The notes: a model not told the origin generated them from the letters alone. A stretch of 64,000 bases of DNA from the human T2T-CHM13v2.0 reference genome, Homo sapiens (GCF_009914755.1 NC_060940.1); one strand, 5' to 3'; counted from the stretch's first letter, positions 28,218-41,759 are shown. Made by a program: numbers and translations.

Positions 28218-28762
28218 CATATTAGTCCACTTTGTGTTGCTATAAATTAATATGAGACTCAGTAATTTATAAAGAAAAGAGGTTTATTTGGAGAGATAGG
28301 GTCTCTCTGTGTTGCCCAGGCTGGTCTCAAATTCCTAGACTCAAGCAATTCTCCTGCCTCAGCCTCCCACAGTACTAGGATTATAGGTATGAGCCATTGC
28401 ACTCTGCCCAGAGGTCTTAAATAGATACTACAGTTCTGCAGTCTGTACAAGAACGGCCACCAGTATCTGCTCAACTTCTGGTGAGGCCTCAGGAAGCTTT
28501 TACTCATGGTGGAAGGCAAGTGAAGAGCAGGCATGTCACACGGTGAGAGAGGGAGCAAGAGAGATCCCAGGGGCTCTTAAACAACCAGCTCTCCTGTGAA
28601 CTGGTAGAGCCCAAACTCACTCATTCTTGCAGGGAGGGCACCAAGCCATTCACAAAGGGTCCAACCCCATGACCAGAATACCTCCCACTAGGCCCCACCT
28701 CCAGCATCGGGGATCACATTTCACCATGAGATTTGGAGAGGACAAACACCCAAACAATATCA
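28218..28762 (-). mobile_element. MSTB-like ERVL-MaLR solo LTR with a 144-bp insert
   Basis: Reverse complement begins 'tgatattgtttgggtgtttgtcctctccaaatctcatgg'; other end '...attagtcc'; interrupted at 28287-28430. Confidence 0.85.
28287..28430. repeat. Copy of 31141-31284 (Alu left arm plus 22 nt of unique flank)
   Basis: Ungapped alignment, 121/144 by eye, including non-Alu 'agagg(t/c)cttaaatagatacta'. Confidence 0.85.
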
Positions 28763-28789
28763 ATATATGCATGAATACATCTGTTGATA

Positions 28790-29273
28790 TGTATCCATGT
28801 TTGTACATATATGTGTACAAATATACACATATGTGTATAAATATACACATATGTGTACAAATATACACATATGTGTATAAATATACACATATGTGTACAA
28901 ATATACATGTATGTGTACATATATGTGTACAAATATACATGTACATATATGTGTACATATATGTGTACAAATATACACATATATACACATTTATACACAT
29001 ATGTATATATGTGTATATATGTGTGTATATATATACACATATATGTACATACACATAAATGTACATATTTTGGAAGCTCTATGTGTATATATATGTGTGT
29101 ATATATATACACATATATGTACATACACATAAATGTACATATTTTGGAAGCTCTATGTGTATATATACACACATATATGTACACACACATAAATGTACAT
29201 ATTTTGGAAGCTCTATGTGTATATATACACACATATATGTACACACACATAAATGTACATATTTTGGAAGCTC
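28790..29273. repeat. Compound TA/CA-rich tandem repeat (20-nt units, then 60-nt units)
   Basis: 'aaatatacacatatgtgta(c/t)' repeats, then 4 copies ending in 'aaatgtacatattttggaagctc'. Confidence 0.95.
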
Positions 29274-30959
29274 CTGAAGTCATCCTGAATAGGCTCTAGT
29301 TTCTACTGAAGGAAATGCCCTCAGAGAAATTGCTTTATTGCACTTTTTGTGTGTGTTTTATTGTATTGAGCAAATTTGTTTTTTAGGAGGTAAATTAAAT
29401 GTTCAGTTTCCTCTTTATATACATCAATGTATATATTCAGGACAATACTTCAGTGTTTGGGTTTTTAATAGAAGAAAAAAGTGGGGCCTAGAAAAATCCT
29501 TAAGCCCTGACATTAATTAGGTAAATGAATGCTTAAGCTTATGTTGAAAGCTCAAGAGTGAAGTTTAGCAAGTGTTACTTTTTAATATTCAAAGAATCTT
29601 TCAGGCATCATTCTAAAATTAGGCTTGCTTTGATGGAGCTTGTGGACATCAGTAATAACCATTTTCATGTCATGGTTTATAAACTGTGGACCATCCTTGC
29701 AAATTACCATCTTGGAAGCCATTGCGCATGGACCACCCCCCTCAAAAAAGGGATCAGTTAAAGGGAGCTCAATTGGGTATGCAACAACACCCTGCCAGTT
29801 TCTGATTGGGCTTTAAAAGATGGAAAGGCTAAATTATAGAAATAATAACTTATGGACCACATTTTCCTTTCTCTTTTATTATAAATCCATATTCAGATAT
29901 GTTAATATAAAGATGTACAATATTACAGAAAGGGCACCCAAAGTGACACGAGGCCTCCAATGGGTGAATGGTGGGTTTTTGTCCCGGCTCCAGGAGCCAG
30001 CCATCTTCCACACCCCTTCTCAGTCTTTTGTGTGTAAGTCTTTGCTAAAAGTCAAGTCTCAACTGATAAGGGCTTGGAGACATAATCATTTTCCATTGAC
30101 AGCACCGTGCAACCAATTCACAAACATTTTCATATTAATATTGAGCAATTTCCCTACATTCTAATCCATCAAAGTAGGCTATTAATCCTTCCTGTACCAT
30201 TCTCTATTCAAATGCTAACAATTTTCTTCTCACAAGCTAAAACATTTGTCCGACAGCCCCTCACACAAAGACCCTGCATTGTTAGTGATGATGGATCAGA
30301 GTGTTAATATGAAGGATGCAATGTAAATTATATCATTGAAACTGTACATACATAGAGGGAAAAAAATCTTTTTAAAAGATCATTTGTATGCTAAAGATAA
30401 TGAAAGTGATCCCATGGTACAGCAACCTTAATTTTCTTTCCTAAGAGAAAAAAAAAAGATTCTTTATGGTAGAGAATATGGAAATCCATCATGATTTATA
30501 ATAGCATGAATGCCATCGTTTACTTCCTGAAAAAAAGATAATATACACTGTTTATTTTAAAGAACTTACTGAAATGATGCATAAGAAACCTTGTTAAAAT
30601 ATCTCTTAAGAATTGTGTACCTCCTGGTTACCAGGAGAACAATGTTGATAACAGGGCTCTGCTTGGGATAAAAACAGATAAATATCTCCATTTGGGGATG
30701 GCAAGGAGGGACTGACAATTTATATTCATTATCGAAAGTCATTGAATGGTCTAGAAACTTGGGGGTTGAATACACTTAGGTCCTCTACACTGAGAGATGT
30801 GTTAAGGAATAGGCTGTAACCTGTAACTGTTAATATTAACACGAGTGATGTTTGCAATAATACCTGTGTTTCACAGCATTACAAATTTCCAAGGACAAAA
30901 GCTGACTATCTACATGGAGTCGTGACTTATGCTTCCAGAATACCTGGCAAGTCAGAGGG

Positions 30960-31262
30960 TTTTTTTTGTTTTTTTTTTTGAGATGAGGTCTCACTCTGTT
31001 ACCCAGACTGGAGTGCAGTGGCACAATCATGGTTCATTGCAGCCTTGACCTCCCAGGCCCAAGTGATCCTCTCACCTCAGCCTCCTGAGTAGCTGGAACT
31101 ACAAGTGTATGCCATCACACCTGGCTAATTTTTTTAATTGTTTGTAGAGAAAGGGTCTTGCTATGTTGCCCAGGGTGGTCTCCAACTCCTAGACTCAAAC
31201 AATTCTCCTGCTTTGGCCTCCCACAGTGCTAAGATTATAGGCATGAACCATTGTATGTGGCC
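30960..31262 (-). mobile_element. AluJ
   Basis: Reverse dimeric Alu with T tract and J-type diagnostics. Confidence 0.9.
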
Positions 31263-31339
31263 TAGAGGCCTTAAATAGATACTAAAATAATTATTTTAAT
31301 GCTTCATTCATTTATATTTACCTTCCACCTACAAGTTTG

Positions 31340-32180
31340 CTGGTCTTCATGGTTTTCTTTCTATGTAAACGGCTGCTCGAAGCCAGAAATCAAGAATTTA
31401 TCTTTGATATCCACCTTTTCTGATCAGTTCCTGCCCCTTCTCTGCAAAATATCTTCCATATTTGTTATTGCACTAGGCACCACAAACACCTTGGGCTGAG
31501 GCACCACCATCTTTCATGTGGACCCCAGCAAAGCTGGTCTCCCTTCCCACTCTGCTCCTTTCTTCTCAGTGCAGTCCCAAGGATATTGAAATACAAATTA
31601 AAATCAAGTCCCTTTCTTGCTTTAAAAAAAGGAAATTTAAAAATTCACTGTTTTCTCTTTGTTCTCAGGATAATGCTTCAATGACTCCATGACTGGCAAA
31701 ATCTTGCTAATTTGGCCTCTGCCTATCTCTTTGATCCCATCCCTACCACCTAAGATGAACAAGCTTTCAGTTCCTTCAGCCACCAAATGTCTTCCCTTCC
31801 AACAGCCCTTGTATTTGCTATTGTTTGCCTGGAAAACTTTTCTCTTGCTCTTTGCTTGGTTAAGTTGCGTATGTCTTCTTCAGACATCAGCTGGAACATC
31901 ATCTCTTAAGAAAAGCTCCTGTGCCCACACCTCCTTGTACCACTCTATTCCACCTCAAATTCAAATCAAATCTCCAGGTACAATCTTCGATTTCCTTCAC
32001 AGCACGTACTGTGACTTATAATAATGTATACACATGTGATTATCTGCTGAATATCTGTCTTCCACTAGATTGCATACTTCCCCAAAGGCACAGATCAGGT
32101 GGATTTTCTTTTCTTTGTACCACCCACTGCCCAGCACAGTAGTAGTTGCACATAGTAGTTGCTCAATAAATAGTTGATGA
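31340..32180 (+). mobile_element. L2 LINE 3' fragment
   Basis: Ends 'gttgcacatagtagttgctcaataaatagttgatgaa'; degenerate L2 body upstream. Confidence 0.65.
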
Positions 32181-33774
32181 AGAGAGGAAAAAGTAAACTT
32201 AATCTTCACCGGTCATTTTTCTAGCAGTTTAAAAAATAAATACCTGCGTAAGACACAGTACCAAGAAATGATCTTTTTAAATTTGAGCACGATTTCAAAA
32301 AATAATGCAGCAGACAAATGTAAATCCCAGACCCCAGACTTGCTGCCTGATTGTATTTGATTTCCTTTAGAATTTAAATAGTTTTACATTTGAAACAGCA
32401 ACTACGATGGTGGCTCTTCTTTCTGTTAAACTCCATTAAACTCTATGATTGCTGTTTAAGGATTAAAACTTGCCCCCAGGGATTAGGGACCCCTGTGCTG
32501 GGCTAAACTGGAAATTGAGTTTCTGAGTCCCTAATCCAGGGAATAACATCCACGGAGTTGCAAGTTCTTCTGGCCATGAAGGAATCAGGCCTAATACGGA
32601 AGCAGGAGAGAAAGGAGAGGAGGAAAAGGGCAGAGGAGAGTGGTGGGAAGAGAAGGCCAGAGAACAAGTGACACAAGAGGAGTCCCAAAATGGGATGCTC
32701 CGTAGGCATGTTCAGATAATGCGTTATGCCCCAGGTCATTGCCTCCTCTACTAGCTTTCCAAAGCACTCCATGTGTCACAGAGAGAAAAGGACTCCTTTG
32801 CAGAACAGAATGAGGCTTGGAAATGTTCAGGAGTAGAAAGAAAACCTCGAATGGGGCCATGGCACCCTAGATCCTCAGCCTTCAGTGTGAGCTGAGTTCC
32901 TGCTTTGATAGGGCTGCACCGGGCTTCCATGCACACAGCCCACTGGTCATCAAGCATTCTGCAAGCAGCTAAAGATTTGCCCTATATTTCTTCCAATGCT
33001 ACATCCTGATACATCCCTGAAGACAACAGGGATCTACATGGTGGGACAAAAGTTCCCATTTGTCTGCACAGGGCACAAAGAGACTGTGATAGGAAGTTTC
33101 ACTCTTATTTTAATTCTTAAGGAAAAGACCTGTTTGCATATGGTGTAAATGCCACCTCTGTTCCCTGCCGAAGATTTGCAGCAAACACCAATCACTGTAA
33201 AACAAGGTATGGGAAATCTGGTAGATTTGCTTTCCAGAATATCACTCTTTTGCTCATTGATTTAATCTTTGTTTTCCTCAAACAAGGTGACTCTCGAAGA
33301 AAATGTTACATAGTTGCAAGAAAACGTGGTTTTTATTTTTCTTTTCCCATCAAGTATCTGAAAAGCTCCATTTTGGAAGTTAAAATAATATAGGATTAAT
33401 GGCTCAATGAGTGACTCAGAACGTTTCCTGTACCTGCTGGTTTACTCTGCAGGCTGGACTCAGTGAAGAAGTGGAGATGTTAGTGGGAAGATGTCCAACC
33501 CAGCATCGTTTAGAATAACCAAACACTGGAAACAACCTACATGTCCATTGTTAGGGGAAAGCTTATGCGCATGATGGTAGAGCTCTGTGGTCATATATTA
33601 TGAAGCCATTAAAGCTTGGGGAAATGCCTTTGAGATAATGGCATGAAAATTGATAGATACAAAATTATTCATCTAGTATTACCTCAGTTATTGAAAAACA
33701 CATGAAAATAAGATCCAAGTTTTCTTTAACTGGGAGACAGGATCATGAACATCCCCCTACCCCTGCACCACTGC

Positions 33775-34273
33775 TGTCTTCTTCTCCTTCTGCTTCTCCT
33801 CCTCTTCCCTCTTCCTCTTCCTCTTGTTGTTGTTCTTCTTCTTCTCCTTCTCCTCCTTCCCCTTCCCCTTCTTCCCCTTCCCTTTCTCCTCCTCCTTCTT
33901 CCTCTTCCTTTTCCCCCTCCTCCTCTTCCTTCTTCCTCCTCCTCTTCCCCCTCCCCTCTTCCCTCCTCCTCCCTCCTGCTCCCTCCTCCTCCTTCTCCTC
34001 CTCCTCCTTCTTCCTCTTCTTCTCCCTCTTCCTCTTCCTTTTTTTCTCCTCCTCCCTCTCCTCCTTCTACTCCTCCTTCTTCTCCTCCTCCCCCTTTTCT
34101 TCCTTTTTTTCCCTTTCCCTTCCCTTTCCCTTCCCTTTCACTTCCCTTCCCTTCCCTTCCCTCCCCTCCCCTCCCCTCCCCTCCTTCCCTTCCCTTCCCT
34201 TCCCTCCCCTCCCCTCCCCTCCCCTCCCCTCCCCTTCCCTTGTCTTCCCTTCCCTTCCTTCCTTTTTCTTTTT
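33775..34273. repeat. ~500-bp polypyrimidine tract (CTT/CCT/CCCTT/CCCCT units)
   Basis: Almost purely C/T; abuts the tail end of a reverse Alu; source of the S/P/L/F-rich ORFs. Confidence 0.95.
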
Positions 34274-34551
34274 ATTGAGAGAGGGTCTCACTCGGTTCCC
34301 CAGGCTGGAGTGCAGTGGCACAATTACAGCTCACTGCAGCCTCGACCTCAAGTGATCCTCCCACCTCAGTCTCCTGAGTAGCTGAGACTATAGGCATGAG
34401 CCACCACACCTGGCTAATTTTTAAATTTTTTTGTAAAGAGGAGGTTTCACTACGTTGCCCAGGCCAGTTTCAAACTCCTGGACTCAAGCAATCCTCCCAT
34501 CTTGGCCTCCCAAAATGCTGGGATTACAGCTGTGAGCCACTGCGTCCAGCC
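34263..34551 (-). mobile_element. AluJ
   Basis: 'gctcactgcagcctcgacc', 'ggactcaagcaatcctccc'. Confidence 0.9.
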
Positions 34552-34644
34552 ACCCTGACTTTTTTTTTTTTTTTTTACAGTTTCATATTCTCTAGACTTT
34601 TTACAAGGAGAAATATATTGCTTTGGTAAACAGAAAAGAGATTC

Positions 34645-34866
34645 CTATCTATCTGTCTGTCTGTCTATCTATCGTTGATCTATCTTTTATCCATCTATTG
34701 ATTATCTATCATCTATCCATCTGCCAAACTATCCATCTATCCATCATCCATCTATTACGTATCTATTATCTATCCATCTATCATCTATCCATCATCTCTC
34801 TATCATCCATCTATCTACCACCCATCTATTATCCACCTACCTACCTACCTATCTAACCTATTTATC
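34645..34866. repeat. Degenerate (TCTA/TCCA)n microsatellite
   Basis: Repeated tatc/catc/tacc tetramers. Confidence 0.9.
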
Positions 34867-36109
34867 TGTCCATGTTCTTTAGGCAAAAAAAGTGTTTTAC
34901 GGCTAACACCACACATTGAACTAGATTTAAAAAGACAACATCAGCCCCAGGCCTATCTCCCCTGCTACTTCCCCCATCTCATCACAGCCCTGTGCTCCAA
35001 AAGATAGGATTTCCAACCATTTTACCCACCATCCTAAATAGTCAGAAGGATACTCCTGAGAAAGCCAGATTTTCTCTGAGTGGCCATAGTGACTAGTGGG
35101 ATCCAGGCCAGTTTAAACAGCAGATATTTCACCAAGCTTTCCGAAAAAACCGGATAGCCATTTTGGAAATTGGAGCAAAAGGAAAGAATGTCAGCACTTT
35201 ATCCTGAAGCTTTCACCAAGGCCTTGTGCAGCTCCACTTTGCACAATTCACACGAGAGTACTTCCTGCGAACACTCACTGGCTAAGGGCGCTCACATTGA
35301 TGGTACTGTCCACACACAACCAGACAGCCTGGGGGAGCTTTTCTGTTCCTGGTGCTGAAAGCCAGTGGGTAGATACTTATTCAAGGTCAGACTTTTAGCG
35401 TTAGATGCCAGGAAAAAAGAAAAAAAAAGCAACCATTAAAGGTTAGCCAGTACTTTGCAAACACTTGTTTAAGGATTTCCTAATTACTCTAAGTGGTTCC
35501 TCCAGCCTTTGCACTTAAAAGGCTAGTGTTTTGTATGATGTCATCCTTTGCCCATTATCTCTGCAGTCAATTTGCAGTATTAGGAGAGGCAGCAAGAAAA
35601 TATTTGCAAACATCAACATTCTCAAGTCTTAAAAGATAATCCCCCTTTCAACTCCCTGTGAGCATATCAGCGGCACAGTTAGGTTTTCAGATTTCTCTAA
35701 ACGGTAACACCACCAGCTGGATTGTACAGAAAACCTTTCTTCTGGGGAACTCAAAGAAATTTCTAAGTGGTATCACATCAATCACTGAGCAAGTCCTCAG
35801 AGGACTGGCCAGGGAAGTAGTTAGAGGGAAATTAGAAATGCAAATTATAACTCCCTTTAAAACAGCTCCCAGAGGTGGCTCTCACCTGAGTCCACCTGGT
35901 GTAAGATTTTAGTTTCAGAATAGCTGGAGAGGTTCAATAGGTTCTGACCCACTGGGCACTGCATGAGTTCATGAATTCTTTGCAATAACAGTATTATCAT
36001 CATCATCTCCATATTGCAGATGGGGAAACTGAGGTAGAAAGAGGTTAAAAAACATACAGGGGTTGGGGGGGCACTCAACTTATTAAGTGACAACCCTTGA
36101 GTTGGAACT

Positions 36110-36472
36110 TGATATGTTTTGGCTCTGTGTCCCCACCCAAATCTCATTTTAAATTGTACTCCCATAATTCCCATGTGTTGTGAAAGGGACCTGGTGGGAG
36201 ATAATTGAATCATGGGGGTGATTTCTGCCATACTGTTCTCATGGTAGAGAATAAGTCTCACAAGATCTGATGGTTTTTATAAGAGGTTTCCGCTTTTGCT
36301 TCTCTCTCATTCTCTCTTGCCACCACCATGTAAGAAGTGCCTTTCACCTTCCACCATGATTGTGAGGCCTCCCCAAGCCATGTGGAACTGTGAGTCCATC
36401 AAACCTCTTTCTTTTATAAATTGCCCAGTCTCAGGTATGTCTTTATCGACAGCATGAAAACAGACTAATACA
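36110..36472 (+). mobile_element. THE1 (A/B-like) solo LTR inside a MIR
   Basis: TG...CA ends ('tgatatgttttggctctgtgtccccaccc', 'cagactaataca'); 5-bp TSD GAACT at 36105-09 and 36473-77. Confidence 0.92.
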
Positions 36473-36957
36473 GAACTCAACCACATCTATTTGTCTTTTA
36501 AGGTCCAGATTCTAAAGCACACATTTTTTTCTCCCTCTTGTAGACAGAAGATTGCTGGGATTTTGACAAATACTGTGTAAAGAAGCATTCCCTTATAAGT
36601 AGAAATCTTGCTCAAGTGGAATGCTTACAAGGTGAAGAATGCTTTAAGGCCAGACTCTGGTTTCAGGTCTTGGCTCCTCCCTTCACTTATTAGTTGGCTG
36701 ACCCTGGACAAATTACTTAACTTCCCTGAAGCTCTGCTTCTTTATCTGTACAATGGGAATTACAGTGGTTCTTATCTTGGAAGGTATAGTGGAGATTGAC
36801 TGAGATAATGCTCACCTAATTAATTATATAATTATATAGATATATAGATATTATACATATTACATAGATACATATATATAGATACATGCAACATGAGGTG
36901 ATAATGAGATGCTTAGCATAGTGCCTGGACACAGTAAATGCTCAATAAATCTCTGAT

Positions 36958-37254
36958 TATTATTATTATTATTTGAGATGGAGTCTCACTGTGTCTCCCA
37001 GGCAGGAGTGCAGTGGTTCAATCTTGGCTCACTGCAACCACTGCCTCTTGGGTTCAAGCGATTCTCCTGCCTCAGCCTCCTGAGAAACTGGGACTACAGG
37101 CATCTGCAATGCCTAGCTAATTTTTTTGTATTTTTAGTACAGACAGGTTTTCACCATGTTGGCCAGGCTGGTCTCAAACTCATGACCTCAGGTGATCTGC
37201 CTGCCTAGGCCTCCCAAAGTGCTGGGATTACAGGCATGAGCCTCCGCACCAGCG
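36958..37254 (-). mobile_element. AluSx-like with (TAT)n tail
   Basis: 'tgacctcaggtgatctgcctgcc'; TSD-like ctga(t/g)tattattatt. Confidence 0.9.
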
Positions 37255-39089
37255 CTGAGTATTATTATTACTAGGATTTCTATTCTATATATTATATATT
37301 AGTATAATACACACATTTATTTATTTTATATTATACATACAAATATAATATTAAAATTATTAAAATATTAAAATTATATTTATATGTACAACAAATTATA
37401 TACATAATAGTTAATAAATTAGCAGAATTATTATTACCATTAGAAAATATCCAGCATGTGGAAAGAAAGCTACCATTACCTCTAAACTCACACTGTGCTC
37501 TTGGAGGACCCCTGTGCAATTAATCCTCAAACTCGCAGTTCTCGCAGAAGGCCTAGTGGGCAAACTCTATCAAGGGGATCTGCTTACCCAGAGCCTTCAG
37601 CTCCTCCAAGGTAGGAGAAAAATATTCCCACATGGGTCTCCCTTCAGCCTGGTTCTCCCATTGCAATCATTGGCCAAGTACTTACTAAGCAAATCCTCAG
37701 TTGAGGAAGCGAGGAAGCTGCAGTTAATTTCATATGCAAACAGACAGCCTAGGGCTCAACATTAGTATCCTAATTTATGAAGAGAGAAATGAACTGCAGA
37801 CTTGGCCAGCTGGTTTAGGTAAGAGGATAATAGAATACCAAGAAACACCAAGCAAAGTAGCTCAAATCGTAGAAAACGAAATGCAGCAATATTTAAAAGT
37901 AATTCAGCTCATTTTGAAGCTCCCAGACTTTCCAAAAACTCAGTAATAACTAAAGCACACAGTGTAATGAATAAAATGAAAATGTGACCTGGGATCTCAC
38001 CGTTTATTTAGAACTGAAAAACTGAAAATTGCTCTCTCAAACCAATAGGCCTAAAGTTATTGCTTCATTCACTTAAGCATTTTACATAAGGTAATTCTCC
38101 GATGATAAATCACATTGAAATTGATTTTGGTTTAAGGATGAAAAAAAGTATATTAAAACGTGAAGCTAAAAGATTTGCAGATCTGAATTATTGGGGTGCT
38201 CATGTTAAGAATGGATGACAAATTGAAAAATAAGCGTGTACTCACTTTGAGAAAATAAATCTGGTCCTCAGAACCACCCATTATGCAAGGGAAAATAAAC
38301 TGTCTCTCCTTTCATTAGGAAAACTCATTTGCATCAACATTTATACTTACATATGTAATAATGCATGGTCCCAGCCTGAATACAAGGTGGTAATTCAATC
38401 AAAAAGCTAGCTTGATATGCTATCATAAACAGCAAAAATGGAAACAGAACCTTGGGAATAAATCACCCTCTTACTATTCAGCTGGGACCATACTGGGCTA
38501 TTTTACACTACATGCATTGGTGCAGTAGTTCACAAATATAAAAAAACTTCATTTTCCTTTTATTTCCTGACACGTAGCTGTTTGAACTGGCAGCTTGTGA
38601 AACTCCAGCAGGTGCTGGGATTTATCCCAGTGGTGGAATCAGACAGCAAGCAGTGAAAACAATAAGGCAATTAACATTTTTTTAATTAAACCAATTTTAA
38701 TCAAAATCTTAAAAACACTTGAAATTTTAATCTGAAGCATAAGGTTTGTACACGCACCACCATTTTGAGAAGAGAAATCCTACTGAAAATTAGCATCATT
38801 TTCAAAGCAGCAATATTTTCAGTGGTTAATTTCACATCCTCTCTTGGCTAATCATATAATTTAGAAAATGGGATATATGGCATTTTACAAGGCTTTACAA
38901 GATTATTTCTTAGATACTGTTGAGTAATCTTGGTGGCTTTGTACTTGCTGTTCCCTTTGCCCAGACTACTCCCCATGTCCTCACGTGGCAGGCTCATCTT
39001 TGTCATTCAGATGTCATTCCTCACTGGGTCTTCCCTGACTCGCTATCACTAACCCTGCTCATCTTTCTATTACATCACTGTGGTTTTTA

Positions 39090-39985
39090 AAGATTTTTAA
39101 TTAGAGAAATGTTCAAGCATTTTTTTTTTAAATGAACAGAATAACACAATGTTCTGTTCTGAGGTCCTCAGCTTCAACATCTAGGAATATTTGACCGTTG
39201 TTCCAATCTTCCCTACCCACCACAGGTCATCCTGTTATTGCATCCGAAAATATTTCAACGTGTTTCCCTAAAATATAAGAACTTAAAAAAAAACTAACCA
39301 TAATACCATTATCACAATGAAAAAAGTTACAATTACTACCAGTATCATCTCATACCCAGTAAACCGTTCACATTTACTCAATTTATTTGAGTTGAGATCC
39401 AAACGAGGCCCATACTTTGCAATTTTCTATGCCACATGTCTCTTTTAACATTTGGGTGCATTCTCTCTCGCTGGCTCTTTCTTGTAAATTGCAATTTCTT
39501 GGGGGAGGGTTGTATTAGGGAAGCCAGGTCATCTGTTTTGTAGCGTCTCCCACAATCTGGATTTACTGACTGCATCCCGTGGGTCATTTAACATGCCCCT
39601 CTGTCCCTTGCATAGCCTGTAAATTCATAGTTAGGTCTAGAGGCTTGATCAGATTCAAGTTCAATATGTTTTGCAAGGTTATTTCATCAATAGCATTGTA
39701 TTCTTCCATAGGGAGGTATATATAATGTCTGTTGTCTCTCTTTTCATGATACTAGTCATTGATGATTATTGCCTACATCCATTGATTCATTTGTGGTTGC
39801 AAGATATTGATGTTCCAATTCCAACATTTCTTTCTAATTTCTTAGCTAGAACATTTCTAGAAAGAAAAAAGAAACTTTCCTTCACCAACTATCAGGGTAC
39901 TCTGAGGTACAGGTCATACAAGAAGGGTAGCCAGTTTTCAAAATACTAAAGGGATTCCCTAGAATTCCCCAAAGGGGTCAATAAT
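39090..39985 (-). mobile_element. Old L1M (L1MC-like) 3' fragment
   Basis: Antisense 3'UTR-type motifs ('aaccataataccattatcaca', 'tcccacaatctggatttactgactgcatccc'). Confidence 0.6.
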
Positions 39986-39991
39986 GTCTAT

Positions 39992-40305
39992 TTGAATTTA
40001 TTTATTTAGAGACAAGGTCTCGCTCTGTCACCCAAGCTGAAGTGCAGTGGCACAATCATAGCTCACTGCAACCTTGAGCTCTCGGTCTTAAGTGATCCTC
40101 TTGCCTCAGCCTCCACAGTAGATGAGGCTACAGGCATGTACCACCATGCCTGGCTAATTTTTAAATTTTTTTTATATGGATGGAGGTCTTGCTACATAGC
40201 CCAGTCTGGTCTTGAACTCCTGGGCTCAAGGGATCCTCCTACCTCAGCCTCCCAAAGCTTTGGGATATTGGGATTACATGTGGGCATGAGCCACTGTGCC
40301 TGGCC
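39992..40305 (-). mobile_element. AluJ
   Basis: Reverse Alu, 'ctcctgggctcaagggatcctcc'. Confidence 0.9.
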
Positions 40306-41119
40306 TAATGATATCTATCTATCTATTTATCTATCATCTATCTTAGACGGGAGTGAACTTGTTTGTAAATACATTTCTACATTTCTTTAGGTAAAAATAT
40401 GAGCTGAGTTAAAAAGAAAATATTAATTAAATAATAGACAGAGTGTGACTAAGATATGTCCAAACTTGGGACAGTCTGAGGTAAGTGACAGGTTTGGAAA
40501 TGCTGCCTTAGACAGCCATTCTCACCAGGGTGGGAGAAGGGGCAGAGAGAACCTTGATGCAGTCAGGTCAACAACACAAACACATCTAGCCAAAGAGCTC
40601 ATCCACCAAAGAAAGGAGGTAGGCTTGGAACTTGGGAAACACACAGACAAGGAGACAGCATATTGCAGGTCCAGGAAAGGAGTCGATGGGCCATATCAGT
40701 TCTAGAATTCTGATGCCCTTGCAGATTCAGTCAGTGGTGGAGACAGGGGTGCTGGACTTTCACTATCTGATGACATCAGCTTTTGGGGCCAGACACACAG
40801 CCACATATCTCAGAGTCCTCCTCTTCCTTGAGATCTCCTCTAGGATGAGAATCCATCCACCAGTTGCCCGTTAATTCTGAAAGTCATTCCCGGGCTCTAC
40901 TTCTTGCCAAGCACTGGGTTAGGTGTCAGAGGCACCGTAGTAAACCAGAATCCCACCATCCACCCAACACGGAAGCCCCGGAGTGTCACATGTTATGATG
41001 GGATGAGCCCAGGCGGGAGCCCAGAGCAAGGGTACCCCCAACACCCAGGGAGGACAATCGGGATAGGCTTCTCCATGGCATCCAAGGTGAATCTCCAAGG
41101 ATGAGACTGAACTAGGTGT

Positions 41120-41478
41120 GATGTGATCATCAGGGCTCTTCACCAAGAATCTGTTTCTCTCCTCCCAGGTCCAAAGGAAGACTGCTCTTCTCCACCCTCT
41201 TTGAGGTTAGATGTGGCCATGTGACTTCCATTGGCCAATAAAATATGAGCAAAAGCAACACTGGTGAGCAATCTCCCATGCTCTTTCCCTCCACCACTGC
41301 AATTTGCAATGTCCCAAAGGAGCCTGGTCCTCAGGGACCATGTGAACTAGAGTCCCCCATCCAACCTGCACTGGACACAGAACATTAGAAAGAAATGAAT
41401 TAATATTTATGGAGTTAAGCTGTTAAGATTTGGGAATGTTTGTTACTGCAAGATAACCTAGCTTATCCTGACTGATAC
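41120..41478. mobile_element. MLT1-type MaLR LTR
   Basis: 'gaggttagatgtggccatgtgacttccattggccaat' ... 'tttgttactgcaagataacctagcttatcctgactgatac'. Confidence 0.7.
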
Positions 41479-41542
41479 TGGTAGGCACAGGTGAGTGGAT
41501 TGGTGATGGGAAGAATTCTCTGGAAAGGGCCGGAATCTAGCC

Positions 41543-41759
41543 CAGAGTTCCTCAACCTTGGCACTATTGACATTTTGGGGCCCATAATTCTTTGTCATGG
41601 GGGAGCTGTCATATACATTGTAGGACTTTTGGTAGCATCCCTAGTCTCTAATCATTAGATCTAGTAGCACCCCCTCCCCATGTTACAACAACCAAAAATG
41701 TCTCTAGGCATTGCCCAGTGTCTTCAGGTGGCAAAATCACCCCCAGTTGTGAAACACTG
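41543..41759. mobile_element. MER20-like hAT DNA transposon
   Basis: 'ctcaaccttggcactattgacattttgggg...accaaaaatgtctctaggcattgcc', opposite orientation to the 27656 copy. Confidence 0.8.

Noticed and set aside
29027-29273. CRISPR-like repeat-spacer pattern
   Set aside because: The 'spacers' are near-identical TA/CA repeats in a eukaryotic context with no cas genes; it is a VNTR.
28627-29299. Cluster of Y/I/C/H/M/T-rich ORFs on both strands
   Set aside because: Produced by the TA/CA tandem repeat.
33702-34381. Three overlapping 177-217 aa ORFs
   Set aside because: Translations of a C/T tract plus Alu; stop-free because of composition.
37334-37388. 16-bp AT-rich inverted repeat (15/16)
   Set aside because: Lies in very AT-rich low-complexity DNA where such matches are expected.
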